A DNA stretch of 64,000 nucleotides from Thermoplasmata archaeon (GCA_021792255.1 JAJYUZ010000001.1:128001-192000), one strand, 5' to 3'; numbered from the stretch's first letter, positions 31,000 to 40,751 are shown. The notes: a model not told the origin generated them from the letters alone. Numbers and translations are program-made.

Positions 31000-32181
31000 A
31001 TGGTCGAGGTCTTACCTTTTAAGGGAATAATGTACACCACGGGCGATATTAAAGATGTAATAACGGAACCTTACGACAAAATCCCGAAGGAACTTCAAGT
31101 CAGATACTACGAAAGGAATCCACACAACTTCATTAGACTGAACCTTCCAATGGACGGTGACCCATACGGTTCCGCGAGAGCCACACTGAATGAATGGCTT
31201 AGGAAAGGAATCCTCGCGAAAGATCAGACGCCACATTTCTATGAGTACGTCGAGAAATTCACAATATTTGGTTCAACCAGAAGGAGAACGGGTGTGTTTG
31301 CAGCTGTAAAGATTGAAGATTATTCGGAAAAAAAGATATATCGACACGAGCGGACTTTCACCGGTCCAAAGGAAGACAGACTAAAAATGCTCAGGGCGAC
31401 CAACGCAGATCTGGAACCAGTCTTTTTTCTTTACGACGACCCTTCAATGGAAGTCGAGAAGTTGCTCGATTCCCTCCCTAAGATTAGGAATCTGGATTTG
31501 ACAGATGATGGTGGGGTAAGACACATCATCTATAGGTTGAATTCTCAGGAGATAACTGATATATTCAAAAGCAAGAAACTGGTCATAGCAGACGGGCACC
31601 ACAGGTACGAAACCGCACTCGCTTTTAGCAAAGAAAATAACCAAGCAGGAAACACCGGGTACGTTATGGCGGTGCTCGTGAACAGATACGACCCGGGACT
31701 GGTGATATTACCATCCCACCGAGTGATAGTCAATAGTAAATTCAATCCTCAGCAAGTGCTGGAAAAACTAGAAGAAAAATTCGAAATAAAGGAAGTTCCA
31801 ATTGAATTCATCAATGACCCCTTAAAAATGGATATGGTTTTCTACTTCAAAGGACACGGGTTTGACCTGAAGCTGAAGGAAAACCTTCCAAAAACAACAT
31901 CTACTGTGGAAGATATCAACGTATCAATTCTAAACAACCTTGTAATTTCAGGTGTTCTCGCCATTACAAACAGGGAAACGATAAAATTTACCAGGTGGGC
32001 AACCGATGCAATGCAAGATGTAAATGAAGGGAATGCATCTTTTGCATTCCTGGTAAAGCCAGTCGATCCAAAGGTTGTCTGGAATGCGGCCATGAATGAC
32101 GAAGTCATGCCAGAGAAATCAACCGACTTTTACCCAAAATTGATTTCGGGCCTGATGATGTTTGACCTTCTCGAACGGTAG
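31000..32181 (+). CDS. DUF1015 family protein
   Basis: PYDKI, HERT...KEDRL, IADGHHRYETA, MPEKSTDFYPK. Confidence 0.88.
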   Translation: MVEVLPFKGIMYTTGDIKDVITEPYDKIPKELQVRYYERNPHNFIRLNLPMDGDPYGSARATLNEWLRKGILAKDQTPHFYEYVEKFTIFGSTRRRTGVFAAVKIEDYSEKKIYRHERTFTGPKEDRLKMLRATNADLEPVFFLYDDPSMEVEKLLDSLPKIRNLDLTDDGGVRHIIYRLNSQEITDIFKSKKLVIADGHHRYETALAFSKENNQAGNTGYVMAVLVNRYDPGLVILPSHRVIVNSKFNPQQVLEKLEEKFEIKEVPIEFINDPLKMDMVFYFKGHGFDLKLKENLPKTTSTVEDINVSILNNLVISGVLAITNRETIKFTRWATDAMQDVNEGNASFAFLVKPVDPKVVWNAAMNDEVMPEKSTDFYPKLISGLMMFDLLER

Positions 32182-32299
32182 AACTACTCCAGATTTTAAC
32201 GAGTTATCAAATGGGCTATAGATTTCTACAACAAGAACTGGTCCCCGTAAAGATCTTTCATTTACTGTTATGGTGGCTTGATTTAGACTATTTCCTTAA

Positions 32300-32401
32300 T
32301 CCCGGCTGCCGGATTTGAACCAGCGACCTGTGGATGGCGGCGGTTGCGCCACAGCGCTATCCCTCTACAGTCCACCGCTCTACCAACTGAGCTAAGCCGG
32401 G
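32300..32401 (-). tRNA. tRNA-Tyr(GTA) with 29-nt intron at 37/38 (intron 32336-32364)
   Basis: CCCGGCT acceptor stem, D arm GCTC/GAGC, anticodon arm GTGGA-CTGTAG[intron]A-TCCAC, T arm GCTGG-TTCAAAT-CCGGC; CCA not encoded. Confidence 0.95.
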
Positions 32402-32599
32402 TATTGGGTTATAACTGCACACAAAAATATTTTTCCTATACCTCAGACCACCGCCCGATAGACCTTCAAACTTAGATATTGCGCAAAATTAACTGAATAA
32501 TAAAAATATTTTAGGGGGTATTTGCAGCGTTTTCAAAGAGCAGAAATGTTAGGAAAATATTAATTAATGAGGAATATATTTATTGGCAGGTGAACACCA

Positions 32600-32977
32600 A
32601 TGCCAATGACGTTCAGAAAAAGGACCGTTATCAAGACTGACAGACCTCCTAAAGAGCCAAGAAAATACATAGACCTTAATGAGTATCAATTTACAGACGA
32701 GCCTGGAGCAGGAACCTCGGTAAAGATAGGAGAATTGATTAAATTTGAAGAGGTCCCTCAATTTTCAGAAATCGTTCTGAACGGGGACGTTCTGATACTC
32801 GACTACGCTGCAATTCAATCCGATGAGCTTCAAATGCGAAGAATAGTCAGCGAATTGAAAAGATCAGCCGGCGATAATGGAGGAGATGTTGTCGCACTTG
32901 GCAATAGATACCTCATAGTTACTCCCAGAGGAATGAAGATAGACAGAAATAAGGTCAGAACTCCTTCATCCCTTTGA
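32600..32977 (+). CDS. sepF: Cell division protein SepF (archaeal)
   Basis: YIDL N-terminus, GDVLILD, ELKR.....GGDV......LIVTP..MKIDR. Confidence 0.85.
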   Translation: MPMTFRKRTVIKTDRPPKEPRKYIDLNEYQFTDEPGAGTSVKIGELIKFEEVPQFSEIVLNGDVLILDYAAIQSDELQMRRIVSELKRSAGDNGGDVVALGNRYLIVTPRGMKIDRNKVRTPSSL

Positions 32978-33098
32978 TTTTTTTCTTTTTAATTTCCACT
33001 GGATATTTTCTTAGACATCGTGTTAAGCACTCTGCTTCCTACTAGTGAGATTTTGGTAGAATTTGCAAGGAAATAAGTGAAGTAAATATTAATAACAA

Positions 33099-35207
33099 TT
33101 GAAAAATGCGGTAGGGATGCCATCATATCTATTAAACTGGGAACTGTTCATACTCGCAACTGCTTTAATTGGCCTTGCATATGCAGCTTTGCAGAGCTTT
33201 TTGCTCCTGAGAATACCGGTAACTGAACAGAAGCCAGAAAAAATTTCGATGTCAATACGTCAGGGTGCTAACGCATTCATGCGAAGACAGTACACGAGCG
33301 TATTCATCTTTGCAGCCATTTTAGCTGTAATAATCTTCGTTGCATTCTATCTGTCTTCCGGTCTTTCAGAAGCTTGGAAGCTGACGGTCGGCTTTTTGGT
33401 AGGGGCAACGGGTTCTGCTGTAGCAGGACTAATTGGAATGAGCATTTCGGTCCGTGCAAATGTCAGGACCGCAATCGAGGCAAAGAAGGGACTGAACCCT
33501 GCTCTGAAGCTTGCCTTCAGAGGGGGGACTGTAACTGGCTTGATAGTAGCTTCGTTAGCCTTGCTAGGGCTTGTAGTGTTTTATATGTGGTTCGGAAGTC
33601 CCATGTTGATGATAGGTTACATCTTTGGGGCATCCCTGGTGAGCCTCTTTGCAAGAGTTGGGGGAGGGATCTATACAAAGGGTGCTGACGTTGGAGCTGA
33701 CCTTGTAGGCAAAGTGGAAGCGGGTATTCCCGAAGACGATCCGAGAAACCCTGCAGTCATCGCAGACAATGTTGGCGATAATGTGGGTGACTGTGCTGGA
33801 ATGGGTGCAGACCTATTCGAGACATACGTGGTCACTGCCCTTTCGGCGATGCTACTAGGATATCTGATTTATTCATCGCACTCAGGTTCAAAGTACCTTT
33901 CTCAAAGCGGGATCATCTTGCCACTCGCTATAGGAGGGACTGCAATCCTTGCGACAATAGTTGGATCATTCTTCGTGAAGAAAGGTGAAAAACAACGGAT
34001 AATGACAGCCCTTTACAAAGGGCTTATTGTTACAGTAATACTGTCAGTGATTGGATTTTACGTAGTCGATTATTACTTGATGCGAGGAAATCTGGCTATC
34101 TTCTTTGATGCCATAATCGGTGTTGTCATAATGGGAGTCATCGTCTATGTCACAGAGTACTATACATCTGAGAGATTCTCGCCTGTCGCAAAGATAGCGA
34201 AATCATCAGTGACTGGGACTGGAACTAACATTATAACCGGCTTGGCTTACGGACTCCAAGCTGTCTTTATTCCAGCAATAGTCATAGTGGCCGGCATAGT
34301 GATATCGTTTTCCATCACTTACAATTCGTATGGGGGCAACTCGGAAATGGGTCTCTATGGAATCGCGATCGCTGCAGCGAGCATGTTGTCAGCAACGGGA
34401 ATGATAATTTCGATAGACTCTTACGGACCGATTACGGATAATGCAGGCGGAATAGCAGAAATGTCAGGGTTCGATGAAAAGACTAGAAAAGAAGTGACAG
34501 ATCCTCTCGATGCTGTTGGAAATACAACAAAGGCAGTTACGAAAGGTTATGCGATAGGTAGCGCGGCGCTGGCAGCACTTACACTCTTCGCCGCCTTTAA
34601 GACTATTATAGCAGTGAATCCCAGTTTCCAGACAATTCAGCTCGACGATCCTATCGTTGTAACGGGACTAATAATAGGGGGTTCTCTACCGTTCTTTTTC
34701 ACTTCTTATCTGATGAACGCAGTTGGAAAGGCTGCATCCGCCATCGTCGAAGAAGTGAGGTCACAATTCAGACTCAAGCCAAAGATTCTTTCTGGAGAAG
34801 ACGAGCCCGACTATGGAAGAGCAGTAGACATTGTTACAAAGGAGGCACTGAGGCAGTTGATGGTGCCTGCAGTTATTGCTGTTCTTACACCAATAGTTGT
34901 AGGATTTCTGCTTGGGCCTCTCGCCGTTGGAGGATTGTTGATAGGTGTGATAATATCAGGTTTCCCACTTGCGATTATGATGACTGTGGGTGGGGGAGCA
35001 TGGGATAACGCAAAGAAGTACATAGAACAAGGAAACCTTGGAGGAAAGGGGTCTGAAGCTCACAAGGCGGCCGTTGTCGGTGATACTGTCGGGGATGCAA
35101 CAAAAGATACTGCAGGACCAGCCATAAATCCTCTAGTAAAAGTCGTCAACACAATTTCCATACTCTTTGTCAGTATCATAATGTATCATTATCTGATACA
35201 CATTTAG
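33099..35207 (+). CDS. hppA: Membrane-bound H+-translocating pyrophosphatase
   Basis: GGGIYTKGADVGADLVGKVE, EDDPRN, DNVGDNVGD, GPITDNAGG, GNTTKA, GGAWDNAKK; start uncertain (TTG 33099 or ATG 33117). Confidence 0.95.
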   Translation: MKNAVGMPSYLLNWELFILATALIGLAYAALQSFLLLRIPVTEQKPEKISMSIRQGANAFMRRQYTSVFIFAAILAVIIFVAFYLSSGLSEAWKLTVGFLVGATGSAVAGLIGMSISVRANVRTAIEAKKGLNPALKLAFRGGTVTGLIVASLALLGLVVFYMWFGSPMLMIGYIFGASLVSLFARVGGGIYTKGADVGADLVGKVEAGIPEDDPRNPAVIADNVGDNVGDCAGMGADLFETYVVTALSAMLLGYLIYSSHSGSKYLSQSGIILPLAIGGTAILATIVGSFFVKKGEKQRIMTALYKGLIVTVILSVIGFYVVDYYLMRGNLAIFFDAIIGVVIMGVIVYVTEYYTSERFSPVAKIAKSSVTGTGTNIITGLAYGLQAVFIPAIVIVAGIVISFSITYNSYGGNSEMGLYGIAIAAASMLSATGMIISIDSYGPITDNAGGIAEMSGFDEKTRKEVTDPLDAVGNTTKAVTKGYAIGSAALAALTLFAAFKTIIAVNPSFQTIQLDDPIVVTGLIIGGSLPFFFTSYLMNAVGKAASAIVEEVRSQFRLKPKILSGEDEPDYGRAVDIVTKEALRQLMVPAVIAVLTPIVVGFLLGPLAVGGLLIGVIISGFPLAIMMTVGGGAWDNAKKYIEQGNLGGKGSEAHKAAVVGDTVGDATKDTAGPAINPLVKVVNTISILFVSIIMYHYLIHI

Positions 35208-36289
35208 ACTTCTCTCAACTTTTTAATTATTTTAATTAATTTCATGTTCCCTTTTATATCATGCACTCTGATGAGGTCAGCGCCTTTCATAATTGCAACC
35301 GAATTAAAAATGAGAGAAGACTCACCCCTCTCGTCGACACTTTCGTTCATTATCTCACCAATGTAACTCTTACGCGACAGACCAATCAGAAGAGGATGAC
35401 CGAGTTTGAAGTCCATGAGATTGTCGATTATTTTGAGGTTGTCCTCCACCCTCTTACCGAACCCAATCCCTGGATCTAGGATCAGGTTGTCTTCTATGCC
35501 AAGCGCAGTAGCCTGAGAAATCTTCTTCAAGAAGAAACTTATTATTTCGTTCACCACATTCTTGTATGTTGGCGAGTGTTGCATTGTCTTGAAACTTCCT
35601 TTTTTGTGCATTACAATGAGTGGTACATCATACTTCCTTGCAAGTTTTCCGACTTCCAGATTCTCCAAACCTGTGACGTCATTGATTATGTGCGCACCCA
35701 TCTCAAGACATTCTTTTAGCACTTCCGGCCTGTATGAATCTATAGACACGGTAAATTTCATGTTTAGCGAGGTCTCTACCGCATATGAGATTCTCCTAAT
35801 CTCATTCTTTGAAGACACTTGTTTGCTCCCTGGTCTAGTACTTTGCCCGCCGATATCGACTATGTTGCATCCAGTCGTTTTAATCTCTTCTAGCTTCTGT
35901 TCCAGTTCACTCTCTTTTGTTCTGCTGACTGGGTAGAAGGAGTCCGGTGTCATGTTGATTATTGCCATTGCTGAGGGAAATTGAATTAGGTTTGAATCTC
36001 CATGAATTCTCAAGGAATGCGTAGATTTCCAGAAATCTCTCATTGCTGGATAGTTAAGCTTAGAGATTAGATCATTAATTTGATCGGGTTCAAGAGGATA
36101 AATCAGATTTCCTTTAGAGGCCCACCCTGCCGAGTTCTGATCAGAGAGGTTAGGTGTAACCAGAAAAGCTCGAAAATCTGCCACTTCGGATAACGGAATA
36201 TTAAACTCCTTTGAGATTGCTTCAGGATTGAACCTGAAGAAGATTCTCTCATACCATTGACGTGAATTGGGCATGGGGAATACCCTCAA
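35204..36289 (-). CDS. folP: Dihydropteroate synthase with ~100 aa N-terminal extension
   Basis: INMTPDSF, DIGGQSTRPG, SIDS, INDVTG, LDPGIGFGK, GLSRKS, IRVHD; start codon uncertain. Confidence 0.88.
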   Translation of the reverse strand: MRVFPMPNSRQWYERIFFRFNPEAISKEFNIPLSEVADFRAFLVTPNLSDQNSAGWASKGNLIYPLEPDQINDLISKLNYPAMRDFWKSTHSLRIHGDSNLIQFPSAMAIINMTPDSFYPVSRTKESELEQKLEEIKTTGCNIVDIGGQSTRPGSKQVSSKNEIRRISYAVETSLNMKFTVSIDSYRPEVLKECLEMGAHIINDVTGLENLEVGKLARKYDVPLIVMHKKGSFKTMQHSPTYKNVVNEIISFFLKKISQATALGIEDNLILDPGIGFGKRVEDNLKIIDNLMDFKLGHPLLIGLSRKSYIGEIMNESVDERGESSLIFNSVAIMKGADLIRVHDIKGNMKLIKIIKKLREV

Positions 36290-36551
36290 TATAGATCACA
36301 TTCTCTTTAGAAATGTATTCCAGTTCGATGGCTATGCTGACGCACCTCTTTCCAACCAAGTTCGCTACGGTGCACATTGACAAGAGATCTCTCAACGCAT
36401 CGTCTTCTACGAGCACTTCCTTATAGAAGTTTTCAGAAACCTCCAGTCTGTACTTTCCATCTTTGAGTACCTTGCCTAACAACTCTTCATCTGCAACGGC
36501 GAGCAACGTATCACTCGGAGTTCTAAAGAATCTAGTCCAGATCAAATCCAT
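36249..36551 (-). CDS. DUF424 family protein
   Basis: LLAVADEELLGK, FY, ANLVG..CV..A, IEGIPHAQ. Confidence 0.85.
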   Translation of the reverse strand: MDLIWTRFFRTPSDTLLAVADEELLGKVLKDGKYRLEVSENFYKEVLVEDDALRDLLSMCTVANLVGKRCVSIAIELEYISKENVIYIEGIPHAQFTSMV

Positions 36552-36609
36552 CCCTCTGTTCCACCATGCTCTGAATGAAATCGTGTTAGCATATTTCTAT
36601 TATCACCCA

Positions 36610-39600
36610 TCAAGATCTTAGAAGTCTATAGAACCCAGATTTCGGTTCTATCAACTGTCCTTTATCTCTTAGCAGTTTTATATTTCTCTCGACTTGACTT
36701 TGATCTAGCCCAGCGCCTTTGGCTTCCTCTTCGATCTGTTTTATCGACACATCTCTACCTTTGTTCTCATCGTGAAGTTTCCTAATGATTTCGCTCAAGG
36801 AGAGTAATCCCTTCCTGTCTTTGGACGCATATCCGGTAAGAATTATATCGATATCCGGAATTCCATTGACCAGAGTTGTTTGATTCAGGAAGGATTCCAT
36901 TAGCTTTTGCCCCTTTTCCACGTCCTCTTCAGTTATCCTGTCTGAAAGCCTAATCCTTGCCGAAGCTTCTGACAATCTGATCAGGGCTTCGAGCTGCCTT
37001 GGTGTAATAGCCACTGAGCCCTGTTTGGAGGAAGAAGCCCTCTTTTCTACGTAGAATTTCCCGATTTTATCTTTCGCACTCGGAGACAGTATGGGGAAAC
37101 AGAATTTTCTCGCATAAACTATGTACTTCTTCATGAATTCGTGGTCGAAAAATGGTTTAAATTCTGATTTCTCTATTGCCAGTCCACTCGCTATCTTTTC
37201 CCCGTCTGAATGTACTTTTAGAATGTAATTAGACATGTCAACATCAGTTTTCCCGGGTCTGTCGACGATCACGAATATCAGGTCAAATCTAGATAAAAGG
37301 GTGGGGGGAAAGTCTGTCTGGTTGGTAAAGGGTTCATTTTCATCAAACCTTCCAAATTTAGGATTGGCGGCTCCGAGGACAGCACACCGTGACATCAGAG
37401 TCGCATTGATTCCGGCTTTGCTAATGGTAATCGTTTGCTGCTCCATTGATTCGTGGAGAGCGCTGCTGTCTTCCTTGCTCATCTTATCAAGTTCATCGAC
37501 TGCCGCTAGTCCGCCATCTGCCAGAACCAGTGTGCCTGCTTCAAGAGTCCATCTTCCCTCAGAAAACTCATCCTTTACAGCAGCCGCGGTGAGACCGGCA
37601 GCTGAACTACCTTTGCCTGAACTGTAGATAGATTTTGGCGACAGGTTTATCGAATACTTTAAAATCTGGCTCTTTGCAGTGTTGTGCGAGACAATACCAT
37701 TGGCTAAGAACCTGTGGCCTTTAGGAACCTCAATATCGAAAACATCAGCGTATTCCAGCTTCCTTACCGCTATCACCTTCTCAGTCCTTTGGCTGTGTCT
37801 TTTGTGAGGCTTCAACTTGACGGAATCTGCAAGATCTTTTAGCTTATCCTGTTTTGCTTTGAGAGCAAACCCTATCTTTTCCCTGAATTTCACTATGTCT
37901 TTCGATCTCCTTATAACAAGATTGTAAGCGCTGCGCTGTTGAAGAACTCCAGGTATTCTAGAGTGTATACCAAATCTTAATAGCAGTATTTGGACATCTC
38001 GTAACAGTTCTAAGTCTGATGACTTTAGTTGCACTTCTCTCTTACCCCTTCCCTTGTCGAAGACACAACCATCTGCGGTGAACAGCCACTTTATGAATTC
38101 TGAAACGACTGCGTTTCCGGATTGAAGAATGAGATCTGGAGCTCGCTTGTTCCTGAGGAAAGACAGGTTGTAACTCACATCTTCACTATTTATTTCGCAA
38201 TAGTAGAGTCGCGTTTTCCTCTTAATGGTCCTTTCACCGATGAGAGAATCACTTGGGATGCGCTCTAATATACGAGGTGCTACATTGAACAGTCTTTTTG
38301 CAAGAATAGAAAGTTGGTCTATCAGCTCTTTTTCACTTTCAGCTACGACAAAGCCTGTCTTGTATTTTCCAATCCAACCTTCACCGAGCATATATCCTAA
38401 AAACGCTCCAAGTTCAGGTGTCACTCTATCGGGCAGTATGGTCTTTGATCTCGGTCCAAATCGTGACTGAATGTGAGCAAAACTAGTTGGAATGTGTTTT
38501 TTTATCGTACATCTGATACCCGATGTCGCCACCAGTTTGTCTCCCGGTCTAATTTCATCCAGTCGTTTCCACCTGTGGACTGGCTTCTTATCGAAGCTGA
38601 ATTCCTTACCAGTAATAGGGTTCCTTGCAGCTATAGGGACGGAACGTTTCCCAGCTTCAGACACAAGAAGTGGGTGGTTGTATGTGCCTACAATGCTCTT
38701 TCCAGATTCGGTGACTATCTCAAGCACTGGTTGTCTTCTGTAGGAATGAAAGACCGTGGCGATATCTCTCTTCCATCCCTGTCCGGTCTGCAGGGGAAGA
38801 TTTATTTTCTCCATGTGGGTCCTGCCAATATTCCCAATCTTCCATATCGCCCCGTTGCCCAGCACAACTCGCTCGTCGCCTATCAAACACCCAGGGTCTC
38901 CAAAGAGAAGTATGTGTATATCACCTCTGACGTAGGTTCCGTCTTCGAATACTTTTCGCACTCCTCCAAACAGTTGAAATATAACGGCCTCTTTGACCGT
39001 TTCCATTGCAAAAATGGTTGGTGCGACGCTAGAAACAAGCTTAGAATAGATCTCAGGGTCCTTGGCCACTCTCTTTATTTCTTCAACATCTTTGTCGCCG
39101 ATCTGGACTTCCTCATACTCGGAAGATTCTCTCCCAATGTAAGTTGCTTCAAGAAAGATATCAAATTGGTTGGTGGGAGAATTTCCAACGAACTTCTGTT
39201 TCCCCTTCAGTATACCATTGACCGTGATCCTATCTCCAGGGTTGAATTTTCCACAAATCTCATCTTCCAGATGAACAGATAATTTGGCAGGTTGGGATGC
39301 TCCCTTTAATAACTCGGGTTTCTCCTGAACTTCGATAATTTGAGTGTCCATATAGATGCTCTTTTCCGGAAGGAATTGGAACTTCGTCTGATCCTTTCCT
39401 CTCCCACATTGGGAACAAGCGACGGGCTCCAGCAATTTAGAACCTAGCTGGGGGTATATATCGATGGTTTTGCAATAGGCACAAAGGAAAGCAGCCATGG
39501 TTATCGTAGGAACTACTTCAGATACTCTCTTGACGATTCCGTCAATTTGCAAAAATGTGTTAAGATCACTGCTTCTTAAGTCTCTTATTACCCTCTTTAG

Positions 39601-39915
39601 GTCAGGTAAGAACGACGAGATGTTTATGTTGACCCTTCGATCTTTTCTTGACTTAAATCCCTCTGAAAGGAAGTCGGAATAGAGTGATTCTTTTAACAAC
39701 CTGACGTATTCGTCGGGGGACTTAATGAAACTCAATGCAAAGTCTCTGTTTAATGCGTCAATATCCTCGTACTTTATCAGAATCGCCCTGTCTCTTGAAT
39801 CTGGATCATTGAGTCTTGAGATTTCGACACTCTTATCCGTCAAAATTTCTCGCCATAACGATTTAATCTCATCTTCTCTGAAGTACTCTCTCATCTCGTA
39901 TTGATGCATCTTCAT
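36610..39915 (-). CDS. mcm: Replicative helicase MCM, intein-containing precursor
   Basis: Zn finger, QEKPE, RGDIHILLFGDPG|intein|TAKSQ, GLTAA, DELDKM, AANPKFGRF, LLSRFD, TPRQLEALIRL. Confidence 0.96.
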   Translation of the reverse strand: MKMHQYEMREYFREDEIKSLWREILTDKSVEISRLNDPDSRDRAILIKYEDIDALNRDFALSFIKSPDEYVRLLKESLYSDFLSEGFKSRKDRRVNINISSFLPDLKRVIRDLRSSDLNTFLQIDGIVKRVSEVVPTITMAAFLCAYCKTIDIYPQLGSKLLEPVACSQCGRGKDQTKFQFLPEKSIYMDTQIIEVQEKPELLKGASQPAKLSVHLEDEICGKFNPGDRITVNGILKGKQKFVGNSPTNQFDIFLEATYIGRESSEYEEVQIGDKDVEEIKRVAKDPEIYSKLVSSVAPTIFAMETVKEAVIFQLFGGVRKVFEDGTYVRGDIHILLFGDPGCLIGDERVVLGNGAIWKIGNIGRTHMEKINLPLQTGQGWKRDIATVFHSYRRQPVLEIVTESGKSIVGTYNHPLLVSEAGKRSVPIAARNPITGKEFSFDKKPVHRWKRLDEIRPGDKLVATSGIRCTIKKHIPTSFAHIQSRFGPRSKTILPDRVTPELGAFLGYMLGEGWIGKYKTGFVVAESEKELIDQLSILAKRLFNVAPRILERIPSDSLIGERTIKRKTRLYYCEINSEDVSYNLSFLRNKRAPDLILQSGNAVVSEFIKWLFTADGCVFDKGRGKREVQLKSSDLELLRDVQILLLRFGIHSRIPGVLQQRSAYNLVIRRSKDIVKFREKIGFALKAKQDKLKDLADSVKLKPHKRHSQRTEKVIAVRKLEYADVFDIEVPKGHRFLANGIVSHNTAKSQILKYSINLSPKSIYSSGKGSSAAGLTAAAVKDEFSEGRWTLEAGTLVLADGGLAAVDELDKMSKEDSSALHESMEQQTITISKAGINATLMSRCAVLGAANPKFGRFDENEPFTNQTDFPPTLLSRFDLIFVIVDRPGKTDVDMSNYILKVHSDGEKIASGLAIEKSEFKPFFDHEFMKKYIVYARKFCFPILSPSAKDKIGKFYVEKRASSSKQGSVAITPRQLEALIRLSEASARIRLSDRITEEDVEKGQKLMESFLNQTTLVNGIPDIDIILTGYASKDRKGLLSLSEIIRKLHDENKGRDVSIKQIEEEAKGAGLDQSQVERNIKLLRDKGQLIEPKSGFYRLLRS
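37681..38889 (-). mobile_element. Intein (403 aa) with LAGLIDADG homing endonuclease in the MCM Walker A motif
   Basis: Begins CLIGDERV after GDPG; block B TYNHPLL; FLGYMLGEG and WLFTADGC blocks; ends VFDIEV..HRFLANGIVSHN before Thr. Confidence 0.95.
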
Positions 39916-40006
39916 TATTTTATTCTTTGTGGCAGGGATAAGTAACGAAGTCAGTCTTAAGCCTTCATTTTACAACCAAAAAGGGGAAAGAAAGAATTGG
40001 AAGTTC

Positions 40007-40519
40007 CTAAAATTGTTGGAGTGGTTTGTTCTTTGAACGGAGAACTGCTCCAAGTATTGCGATTACAAAACCTGCAATTGCCGCGATTACCCCTGCTACG
40101 ACTAGGACTCCGAACAACTCCACCTGTCCGAAATTAAAGGGAATTGATGCATAGGCAACTCTGGGGGCACCACTTCCGAAGGTGACAACATAGTAAGTTC
40201 CCCCAAGTCCAGTATATACTGAAGCATTCCCAGCTGAATACGTTGGACTCACAGCGTACGTTTGAATGTTCGACAAATTGGCTGAATTAAGGTCTTGCGA
40301 TGGAATAAGATAGAAACTCACGTTTGAACTGACATCAATTTCGCCATTTGGATATCCAGTCAGCTCGTTGGAGTAATAATGGCCATTAGGCCCGAGATAC
40401 ATAGAAGTTCCAGAGTCGCTAGATTCACTCGAAATTTCTAAAACCGCGATTCCCGCTACTACTATCCCCGCTACTAGTATTAGAATTCCCATGAGCAGAA
40501 GGTTCTTCCGCACACTCAC
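40007..40519 (-). CDS. Hypothetical membrane protein (N- and C-terminal TM)
   Basis: Two hydrophobic helices flanking a Ser/Tyr/Gly-rich domain. Confidence 0.65.
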   Translation of the reverse strand: MSVRKNLLLMGILILVAGIVVAGIAVLEISSESSDSGTSMYLGPNGHYYSNELTGYPNGEIDVSSNVSFYLIPSQDLNSANLSNIQTYAVSPTYSAGNASVYTGLGGTYYVVTFGSGAPRVAYASIPFNFGQVELFGVLVVAGVIAAIAGFVIAILGAVLRSKNKPLQQF

Positions 40520-40676
40520 CTAGTTTCAAAACATATAATTAGTTTTTCTACTCGTTCTAAGTAGCAAACGGCGTGAGAGTTTTAGCTAAAGTTGAGTTCG
40601 GGCTTTGACTACCCTTATCTATTCGGGGATCACTGCAAATATTTAATAAAACGGCGACAATCCACGGAGTGCAAAA

Positions 40677-40749
40677 GCAGGTGTTGTGTAGCCTGGTAGC
40701 ACAAAGGCCTTCCAAGCCTTTAGCCCGGGTCCAAATCCCGGCACCTGCA
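40677..40749 (+). tRNA. tRNA-Gly(TCC), integration target
   Basis: GCAGGTG/CACCTGC acceptor stem, AAGGC-CTTCCAA-GCCTT anticodon arm, CCGGG-TCCAAAT-CCCGG T arm; TATA-like TTTAATAA upstream. Confidence 0.93.
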
Positions 40750-40751
40750 TA
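40739..40751 (+). repeat. attL core CGGCACCTGCATA
   Basis: Identical to 46819-46831; overlaps tRNA-Gly 3' end. Confidence 0.88.

Noticed and set aside
36544-36610. 22-codon ORF bridging mcm and DUF424
   Set aside because: Too short, no distinguishing composition; cannot be separated from chance
38473-39282. 269-aa plus-strand ORF across the MCM/intein junction
   Set aside because: Antisense to a well-supported gene; no motifs or clear RBS
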